Shown here: piece by piece, positions 56,719 through 64,000 of the stretch
Numbering within the stretch: the stretch's first letter is position 1
How the letters are laid out: every line of letters starts with the position of its first letter
Origin: Prochlorococcus sp. AG-402-K14
GTDB taxonomy: Bacteria > Cyanobacteriota > Cyanobacteriia > PCC-6307 > Cyanobiaceae
Length of the DNA: 64,000 nt
Assembly: GCA_003216815.1 (NCBI GenBank)
Contig: QCIG01000007.1
Span: forward strand, 3,571-67,570
Reading direction: 5' to 3'
The notes under the pieces: generated by a model
The model's database searches: none
Seen by the model: the letters and a program-made list of their open reading frames with translations, nothing else
What the model was told of the DNA's origin: nothing
Made by a program: the position numbers and the translations under genes

Positions 56719-57453
56719 GTGACCTCTAGTTTTCGTGACCAACTGGCTGCAGGGAGAAGGGCTATGGCTCATCTCGTCCATGTATGGCATGAGCGCAATG
56801 GTTGGTCTCATAAAGTTCTTCCTGTGTTGGCTGAATGTTTGGATCTTGGTAGAGTTCATAGCTCCCAAATTTCTAATCTAAGGAATGGAAAACTTGTATC
56901 ACCTAGTCCTGAAGTATTTTTTGCTTTGGGAAAAGTAAATCAAGTACTCTCCCGTGGTTTAGAAAATATAGAAGGTCAAATATCTAGTGTTCAACCAGAT
57001 TTATATAGATCATTGCAAGAATCTGCGATTGCTGTCGAAGCAAATAATGGTAATCCACTTTCTGCTGGTGATTTCTTTGAGATTTTTGTTGGCTTAGCCT
57101 CTTTACCCTCTTCCTTTGATTGGTTTATTGAGGAAGCTGAGGCGACTATTCTCAGCGCTGCTTTGGCTGATTATTTATGTAAAGGTAGGTCTTGGAGAAT
57201 GTGTAGAGAGCAAGTTATGGCAGCTTATCCAGTAAGCAAAAAACAACGAAGGGAAAGATTTGAGGCAGTTATGGCAGGTTTAAAAGATTACACAGCCGAG
57301 GAACTTGATGGTGAATTATTAGATTTACATGCAACTAATAAATTATTAAATACAAATAATATGCAAGGTGCAGATGATTTCTTGGAGAATCTACGTCAAA
57401 GAGGATTATTACTTAAAGATCAAGAAAAATTAGAAATTATTTTTTCAGATTGA
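56719..57453 (+). CDS. Hypothetical protein with N-terminal XRE/Cro-like HTH
   Basis: ERNGWSH...LA...VHSSQISNLRNGKLVSPSPEVFFAL follows the XRE pattern; divergent from desC. Confidence 0.7.
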   Translation: MTSSFRDQLAAGRRAMAHLVHVWHERNGWSHKVLPVLAECLDLGRVHSSQISNLRNGKLVSPSPEVFFALGKVNQVLSRGLENIEGQISSVQPDLYRSLQESAIAVEANNGNPLSAGDFFEIFVGLASLPSSFDWFIEEAEATILSAALADYLCKGRSWRMCREQVMAAYPVSKKQRRERFEAVMAGLKDYTAEELDGELLDLHATNKLLNTNNMQGADDFLENLRQRGLLLKDQEKLEIIFSD

Positions 57454-57489
57454 TCTTATCAAACTTATGTTTTTCATATAATTTTTAAT

Positions 57490-58755
57490 ATGTTAAATGA
57501 TTTTCCTAAAAACTTTGTTGATAATATAGAAAAAAAATTATATTTATCTATCAAAGAAAAAACTGATAGTGTAACTCTTAATTTGGAAAAAGTGTTAAAG
57601 GCTTTTTCTGATGCTCATTTAAATGTACAACATTTTTCATCTCAAACAGGATATGGACATGGGGATTTAGGGAGAGAGACAATTGATAAAATTTTTGCAG
57701 ATGTTTTAGAAGCTGAGAAAGCAGTAGTTAGAGTTCAGCTTGTAAGTGGAACTCATGCTATTGCATCATCTTTGTTTGGTGTTTTAAGGCCAGGAGATAA
57801 TTTCTTATCTATTACTGGAAGACCTTATGAATCACTTGAGGAAGTAATAGGATTAAGAGGAATTGGTCAAGGTTCATTAATTGAGTTTGGTATTTCATAT
57901 GAAGAAATTTCTCTCAAAAATGATGGAAAAATAGATTTTGTAGCTTTAGAAAATGCTTTAAATATACCTAGAAAATTAATTTTTATACAACGAAGTTGTG
58001 GTTATTCATGGCGCCCATCTTTGAGTATTGATGTTATTCAAAGGATTTGTAATTTATGTCATAAGATACAACCTGATTGTATTTGTTTTGTTGATAATTG
58101 CTATGGAGAATTTGTCGAGAAAAAAGAACCTACTGCAGTAGGTGCAGATTTGATTGCAGGTTCTTTAATAAAAAATTTAGGTGGAACTATTGTTCCTGCT
58201 GGTGGATATGTAGCGGGAAAAGCTGGTTTAGTTGATCAAGCATGTTGCCGTTTGACTTCTCCAGGCATTGGATCTAAGGGTGGGATTACTTTTAATTTAA
58301 ATAGAACTATTTTACAAGGACTTTTTCTGGCGCCCCAAATGGTTTCAGAGGCTCTAATTGGTGCTGATATCATCTCTACTGCATTTAGCGATTTAGGCTT
58401 TCAAGTGTTACCCGAAGCGGGTTCTTTACGCTCAGATTTGATTCAAGTAGTAAGAATTGGTGACCCGAAAATTTTACAAATGATCTGTAGGTCTTTTCAG
58501 GAAAAATCGCCAATAGGATCTTTTCTTGATCCTATACCAGCTCCTATGCCAGGGTATGAAAATAATTTAGTTATGGCGGGAGGAACTTTTGTAGATGGTA
58601 GTACGAGTGAATTTTCTGCGGATGCTCCTATGAAGCCTCCATTTGATCTTTTCATTCAAGGAGGATCGCATCGTTCTCATGTGAAAATTGCTTTGATTCA
58701 TGCACTATCCAATTTATTTCAGGCAGGATTGATAAAATTGCCACAGAATGTATAA
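57490..58755 (+). CDS. Methionine gamma-lyase family / aluminium-resistance PLP enzyme (YnbB-like)
   Basis: Motifs GYGHGDLGR, VSGTHAI, FVDNCYGEF, AGSLIKNLGG and GSTSEFSAD. Confidence 0.92.
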   Translation: MLNDFPKNFVDNIEKKLYLSIKEKTDSVTLNLEKVLKAFSDAHLNVQHFSSQTGYGHGDLGRETIDKIFADVLEAEKAVVRVQLVSGTHAIASSLFGVLRPGDNFLSITGRPYESLEEVIGLRGIGQGSLIEFGISYEEISLKNDGKIDFVALENALNIPRKLIFIQRSCGYSWRPSLSIDVIQRICNLCHKIQPDCICFVDNCYGEFVEKKEPTAVGADLIAGSLIKNLGGTIVPAGGYVAGKAGLVDQACCRLTSPGIGSKGGITFNLNRTILQGLFLAPQMVSEALIGADIISTAFSDLGFQVLPEAGSLRSDLIQVVRIGDPKILQMICRSFQEKSPIGSFLDPIPAPMPGYENNLVMAGGTFVDGSTSEFSADAPMKPPFDLFIQGGSHRSHVKIALIHALSNLFQAGLIKLPQNV

Positions 58756-58775
58756 GCGTTTTTCGTTTTGACGCA

Positions 58776-59162
58776 ATGGCTTTTTCCTTCCCAGATCATT
58801 TCCGTTTCGCTGATAGTCATGAATATGCTTTTGCTGATGATGCTTTAGTTCGAATTGGCATAAGTGCATTTGCAGTAGATCAATTAGGAGATATTGTTTT
58901 TGTTGATCTTCCAGAAGAAGGAACTGCAATCAAGAGAGGAGAGACCTTTGGCTCAGTTGAGTCTGTAAAGGCTGTTGAAGATATGTATGCGCCAGTGAGT
59001 GGACAAATTGTTCATACAAACAATTCTGTTATGTCAAGCCCAGAGGAACTTCAAAATGATCCTCATGGTGAAGGATGGTTATTAATAATTCGTCCTGACA
59101 ATCCTGATCAATTACAAGACCTTATGGATTCTGAAACTTATTCAAAGAAAATTTCTCCATAA
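58776..59162 (+). CDS. gcvH: Glycine cleavage system H protein
   Basis: SHEY; lipoyl motif SVESVKAVED; NDPHGEGW. Confidence 0.98.
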   Translation: MAFSFPDHFRFADSHEYAFADDALVRIGISAFAVDQLGDIVFVDLPEEGTAIKRGETFGSVESVKAVEDMYAPVSGQIVHTNNSVMSSPEELQNDPHGEGWLLIIRPDNPDQLQDLMDSETYSKKISP

Positions 59163-59262
59163 AACTTTACTGAATGATTTTTCTTACAACAAATTAGGAA
59201 ATTTTTCTCTACACTTGCCTTCTCTCTAATAACTTAATTTGCTTGTGCTTGAGAACAAGCTC

Positions 59263-62169
59263 ATGTTAAAAGCAGAATTAAAGGATTTCACTTTTAAGTC
59301 TCGCCACATAGGTCCTAGTAATGAAGAAGAAGCTTTAATGCTTCAATTTCTTGGTTTTCAAAATTCGGAAGAATTTATATCCACAGTAATACCAAGTGAA
59401 ATTTTTGATTCAGAAAACCAAGCTGTTTCTATCCCTGATGGATGTGATCAAAATGAAGCCTTAAAGAAAATAAATATAATTGCAAAGAAAAATATTGAAT
59501 ATCGTTCGCTTATTGGGCTTGGGTATCATTCGACTGTTATCCCCCCAGTTGTACAAAGAAATGTATTGGAAAACCCTAATTGGTACACTGCTTATACCCC
59601 TTATCAAGCAGAGATATCACAAGGTAGATTAGAAGCCTTGTTTAACTTTCAGACTTTAATCAGTGAATTAACGGGTTTGCCAATATCTAATGCTTCTTTA
59701 CTTGATGAAGCTACTGCAGCTGCTGAGGCAATCAGTTTGAGTTTGGCTGTTAGAAAAAATAAAAATGCTAATAAATTCTTAGTAGATCAAGAAATTTTGC
59801 CCCAAACACTTGATGTTTTAAAAACTCGATGCGAACCTTTACGCATTGAACTTGAGATCTTTGATAATAATAATTTTCAAATTGATAACAATGTTTTCGG
59901 AATACTTATTCAGTTGCCTGGGAAAAATGGTCGCATTTGGGATCCAACATCAATAATAAACGATGTACATAAATTTGATGCACTTGCAACAATAGCAATT
60001 GATCCATTGGCTCAAGTCCTGATTAAACCTATGGGCGAATTTGGAGCAGATATTGTTGTTGGAAGCGCACAAAGACTTGGTGTTCCTATCGCTTTTGGTG
60101 GTCCACATGCAGCTTTTTTTGCAACTAAAGAAATATATAAAAGACAAATACCAGGAAGGATAGTGGGCCGTTCACTTGATGTCGAAGGTAATCAAGCTTT
60201 GAGGCTTGCACTTCAAACGAGAGAGCAACATATTCGAAGAGATAAGGCAACCAGTAATATTTGTACTGCGCAGGTTTTATTAGCTGTTCTTTCATCTTTT
60301 TATGCAGTACATCATGGTCCAGAAGGCCTTAGAGAAATTGCACAAAAAATTGTTAAATATAGATCATGTTTTGAGTCTATTCTAAGTGATTTGGAATATT
60401 CTCTAGATCTATATTCAAGATTTGATAGTGTTGATGTTTATTGTCCAGAAGCACCTAAAGTTATTCAGTTAGCTTCTGAGGAAGGATATAACCTTAGAGT
60501 ACTACCTATTGGATCAGATATTTCTGATGCAAAGGGTTTTGGGGTAACTTTTGATGAACTAACTTGCGATGAAGAAATCAATAAACTTTATAAAATACTT
60601 GCAACAATTAAAGAAAAAGATGTTAATGATCTTTCTATTTTTTCTTTTGATAATGGATTAATAAAAGACATTCCGCTTAGACAATCATCTTGGCTTGAAC
60701 AATCAGTATTTAATAAATATCGAAGCGAGACTGACTTAATGAGGTATATACATCATTTGGTTTCGAAAGATTTTTCTTTGGTTCAAGGAATGATTCCTCT
60801 TGGCAGTTGTACTATGAAATTAAATGCAGCCTCAGAACTTTTACCAATTGAATGGAACGAGTTTTCAGCTATTCACCCTTTTGCACCTGTACATCAATTA
60901 GCTGGATTCCAAGAAATAATTAATGACCTTGAAAGCTGGCTGGCTGCTTTAACTGGTTTTCAAGGAGTTTCTCTTCAACCTAATGCAGGTTCACAAGGCG
61001 AATTTGCTGGTTTGCTTGTAATACGTTCATGGCATCAGTCACTTGGAGAAGGTCATAGAAATATTTGCTTGATTCCAACAAGTGCTCATGGTACAAATCC
61101 AGCTAGCGCGGTTATGTCTGGCTTCAAAGTAGTATCTGTAAATTGCGATGAATACGGTAATGTTGATTTAGAAGATCTTAGAAATAAATCAAATATTCAT
61201 TCAAAGAATTTGGCTGCCTTGATGGTTACTTATCCTTCAACGCATGGAGTTTTTGAACCTAATATTCGTGAAATTTGTGAAGTCATTCATCAAGCGGGAG
61301 GTCAGGTCTATTTAGATGGCGCAAATTTGAATGCTCAAGTAGGAATTTGTAGGCCTGGATCATACGGTATTGATGTTTGCCATTTAAATCTTCATAAAAC
61401 TTTTTCAATTCCTCATGGAGGTGGAGGACCAGGAGTAGGTCCTATAGCTGTTGCCAGTCATTTGGTTCCTTATCTCCCTGGACATTCAATTGTTAATTGC
61501 GGAGGAGATAAGGCGATTTCGGCTGTTTCTGCAGCGCCATATGGAAGTGCAGGAATATTGCCAATTAGTTGGATGTACATTCGAATGATGGGGATCGATG
61601 GTTTACGTAAAGCGAGTTCTATAGCAATTCTTAGTGCTAATTATTTGGCAAAACGACTTGAGTCTTATTATCCAGTTTTGTTTAAAGATCCCAATGGAAG
61701 AGTGGCTCACGAATGCATATTGGATTTGCGACCTTTAAAGAGTCAATTAGGGATTGAGGTTGAAGATATTGCTAAGAGATTGATGGATTATGGATTTCAT
61801 GCTCCAACAATAAGCTGGCCTGTCGCAGGAACTTTGATGGTTGAACCGACAGAGAGCGAAAGCTTATCTGAATTGGATCGTTTTTGCGAGGCTATGATTG
61901 GAATTCGAGAAGAAATTGAAAACATAAAATCAGGAAAAATTGATCCTATAAATAATCCTTTAAAAAAATCTCCCCACACTTTGAAAACAATTACGTCTGA
62001 TGATTGGGATAGACCTTATTCTCGTAAAGAGGCAGCGTTTCCTTTGACTGGACAGGAAAAATATAAATTTTGGCCATCAGTTTCACGTATTAATAATGCT
62101 TATGGGGATAGAAATTTGATATGCAGTTGTCCTTCCGTTAAAGATATAGAAGCAACTAATTCTCTTTAA
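59263..62169 (+). CDS. gcvP: Glycine dehydrogenase (P protein); start probably ATG 59263
   Basis: Motifs [39 protein letters not shown] and HLNLHKTF. Confidence 0.99.
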   Translation: MLKAELKDFTFKSRHIGPSNEEEALMLQFLGFQNSEEFISTVIPSEIFDSENQAVSIPDGCDQNEALKKINIIAKKNIEYRSLIGLGYHSTVIPPVVQRNVLENPNWYTAYTPYQAEISQGRLEALFNFQTLISELTGLPISNASLLDEATAAAEAISLSLAVRKNKNANKFLVDQEILPQTLDVLKTRCEPLRIELEIFDNNNFQIDNNVFGILIQLPGKNGRIWDPTSIINDVHKFDALATIAIDPLAQVLIKPMGEFGADIVVGSAQRLGVPIAFGGPHAAFFATKEIYKRQIPGRIVGRSLDVEGNQALRLALQTREQHIRRDKATSNICTAQVLLAVLSSFYAVHHGPEGLREIAQKIVKYRSCFESILSDLEYSLDLYSRFDSVDVYCPEAPKVIQLASEEGYNLRVLPIGSDISDAKGFGVTFDELTCDEEINKLYKILATIKEKDVNDLSIFSFDNGLIKDIPLRQSSWLEQSVFNKYRSETDLMRYIHHLVSKDFSLVQGMIPLGSCTMKLNAASELLPIEWNEFSAIHPFAPVHQLAGFQEIINDLESWLAALTGFQGVSLQPNAGSQGEFAGLLVIRSWHQSLGEGHRNICLIPTSAHGTNPASAVMSGFKVVSVNCDEYGNVDLEDLRNKSNIHSKNLAALMVTYPSTHGVFEPNIREICEVIHQAGGQVYLDGANLNAQVGICRPGSYGIDVCHLNLHKTFSIPHGGGGPGVGPIAVASHLVPYLPGHSIVNCGGDKAISAVSAAPYGSAGILPISWMYIRMMGIDGLRKASSIAILSANYLAKRLESYYPVLFKDPNGRVAHECILDLRPLKSQLGIEVEDIAKRLMDYGFHAPTISWPVAGTLMVEPTESESLSELDRFCEAMIGIREEIENIKSGKIDPINNPLKKSPHTLKTITSDDWDRPYSRKEAAFPLTGQEKYKFWPSVSRINNAYGDRNLICSCPSVKDIEATNSL

Positions 62170-62291
62170 AGACTGGTTAAAACTCGTTTTATTAGTTAAA
62201 TTTCAAGCGAAAACCAAATTTCTGGTTTTTAGAGCTGTTTTGCAATTTCTTTTATTAACTTTGCTGCAGCTTTAAATTATATGGGGACCAA

Positions 62292-62552
62292 ATGAACAAA
62301 AAGACATCTTTTGATCTGCCTGATCAACTGAAAAAAAAGGATGACTTATCCTTGCCTTCTTTTTCTAATTGCTTTGAATCTGTTTTAAATAAAGGTGAAC
62401 TTTTACAAGTTGCTGGAACTAACGTAGTGAGAGTTCCATTTGGAGTTCGCCAGCCTAAGAAAAAAAGACCAGCAAAGTTATCTACTTGGGCAACCTTGGT
62501 TTTACCTTTACAATCATTTGATTCGCCTACCCCCCCTCCTCATGCGGCGTAA
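62292..62552 (+). CDS. Hypothetical protein
   Basis: 86-aa ATG ORF (VAGTNVVRVPFG...WATLVLP...PTPPPHAA), convergent with sqdX. Confidence 0.65.
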   Translation: MNKKTSFDLPDQLKKKDDLSLPSFSNCFESVLNKGELLQVAGTNVVRVPFGVRQPKKKRPAKLSTWATLVLPLQSFDSPTPPPHAA

Positions 62553-62555
62553 AGA

Positions 62556-63704
62556 CTAAGCAGCAATATTTGATTCGTTTTTTTCGAGTACATCTTCGTA
62601 GTAATTTCTCAATTGGTTTGTAGCTCCTGCCCATCCCCATCTTTCTGCTTCTGAACGAGCTGCTTGTCTCATTGCTGTGCGCTCTATTTCGTTTCCTAAT
62701 AATTTCTTTGTAGCCTCAATTAAACTTTTTGCTCCATCATTTTCTCCATCTGGATTGTATAAACATCCATTCTCTCCATCTGAGATAATATCTGGAATTC
62801 CCCCTTTATTTGCTCCTACTACTGGACATCCTGCAGCCATTGCTTCTAAAAGCACTAATCCAAGAGTTTCTGTACTTGAAGGAAATAAGAAAGCATCTCC
62901 AGAGGCATAAGCACTTGCTAACTCATTGCCACTTAAATATCCCACAAAGGTAGTCGAGGTTCCTTCGAAGATTTTTTCTAATTGTTGTCTATATGGTCCA
63001 TCGCCGACAAGCGCAAGTCGAGTGTTTGGTAATGCTTCAAGGACAGGTTTAATTCTTTCGATTTGTTTTTCTGCTGAAAGTCTTCCGACATATATCAACA
63101 GAGATCCTTCATCACTATAATTTCCTAAAAGACGAGATCTCATTTGTTCGTTTCTTAGGTCTGGCCTGAAAATATCTGTATCCACTCCTCTTTGCCATAA
63201 TGCGGTATTTTGTATTCCTTTATCAGTGAGTTCTTGAACCATTGCAGTTGAAGTACAAAGATTCAGAGTTGCTTGATTATGAGCAGCTTTTAATAATTCC
63301 CATAAAAGAGGCTCTAACATCCCCATTCCGTAGTGCTCTAGATATTTTGGTAAATGAGTGTGATAACTAGCCACAAGTGGAATATTATTTGATTTGGCTA
63401 GCCAAATACCACCTAATCCAAGTACGGCAGGATTAACTACATGGATTAAGTCAGGTTTAAAGTTTTCTAATTCATCTGATACGCCAGGGCCAGGAAGCCC
63501 TAATTTCAGTTCTGGATATAAAGGTAAAGGCATTGCAGGTACACCTACAACTTTTGCTCCCATATAGCTTGATGGACAGCCTTCTGGACAAAAAACGGTA
63601 ACCTCATCATCCGATTGAACTAAATTTTGAATAGTTTTGGTCAGACGAGTAACTATCCCATCGACTTTTGGCAGGAAAGTTTCTGTAAAAAAAGCTATTT
63701 TCAC
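62556..63704 (-). CDS. sqdX: Sulfoquinovosyldiacylglycerol synthase (GT4)
   Basis: FTETFLPKVDGIVTRL, SYHTHLP and ETLGLVLLEAMA; downstream of sqdB. Confidence 0.93.
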   Translation of the reverse strand: MKIAFFTETFLPKVDGIVTRLTKTIQNLVQSDDEVTVFCPEGCPSSYMGAKVVGVPAMPLPLYPELKLGLPGPGVSDELENFKPDLIHVVNPAVLGLGGIWLAKSNNIPLVASYHTHLPKYLEHYGMGMLEPLLWELLKAAHNQATLNLCTSTAMVQELTDKGIQNTALWQRGVDTDIFRPDLRNEQMRSRLLGNYSDEGSLLIYVGRLSAEKQIERIKPVLEALPNTRLALVGDGPYRQQLEKIFEGTSTTFVGYLSGNELASAYASGDAFLFPSSTETLGLVLLEAMAAGCPVVGANKGGIPDIISDGENGCLYNPDGENDGAKSLIEATKKLLGNEIERTAMRQAARSEAERWGWAGATNQLRNYYEDVLEKNESNIAA

Positions 63705-63734
63705 TGAGCGTGTATTTTTGAAATATTGTACTGG

Positions 63735-64000
63735 TTAGGTTGAGGATTGATTTATTGCTTGCGCTTGGGTTGATGTCCATGCAGATACACAAGGTATTCG
63801 TTTCAAGTCACAGCGACTGGAGTATTTTTTTGCAACTCCAACAACCTCTTCCAGCAGTCCATTATCCAAAGTTGTGGGATCTAAACCAAGCTCAATAAAA
63901 CATCGATTATCAACTATTAAGTCATTTTCTACTGCTTCGTTTCTGGGATTAGGAAGATAATTGATTTTTGCTCCAGTCAGAGAGGCTACTTTCTTAGCTA
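63735..64000 (-). CDS. sqdB: UDP-sulfoquinovose synthase, 3' end (partial)
   Basis: Manual translation: AKKVASLTGAKINYLPNPRNEAVENDLIVDNRCFIELGLDPTTL...IPCVSAWT...*; adjacent to sqdX. Confidence 0.9.
   Translation of the reverse strand, partial: AKKVASLTGAKINYLPNPRNEAVENDLIVDNRCFIELGLDPTTLDNGLLEEVVGVAKKYSSRCDLKRIPCVSAWTSTQAQAINQSST

Overview
AT-rich picocyanobacterial chromosome segment. Gene content and order point to Prochlorococcus, most likely the low-light LLI (NATL-like) clade; this assignment is inferred. The window is mostly core genome, running uvrA (3' end), sps, mraY, argG, rpsF, aroE, dnaK, purU, ClC, acnB, aroF/G, sigma factor, ppk, a nitrite-assimilation block, pabC/pabB, queC, queE, pyrG, aspS, gcvT, speB/speE, mazG, tRNA-Val, valS, ligA, mnmG, dnaB, rplI, desC, gcvH/gcvP, sqdX and sqdB (3' end). 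I saw no mobile element, CRISPR array or rRNA. The most unusual structure is a 203-bp tandem duplication at the nirA-focA junction. It creates an intact 53-codon chimeric ORF (FocA N-terminus fused to the NirA C-terminal tail) that the ORF track misses. Other points of interest are a desaturase gene facing away from an XRE-like HTH gene with a 25-bp palindrome over the -10 box, two tandem NtcA boxes upstream of nirA, a ClC transporter with an altered selectivity motif, and a structured rpsF leader.
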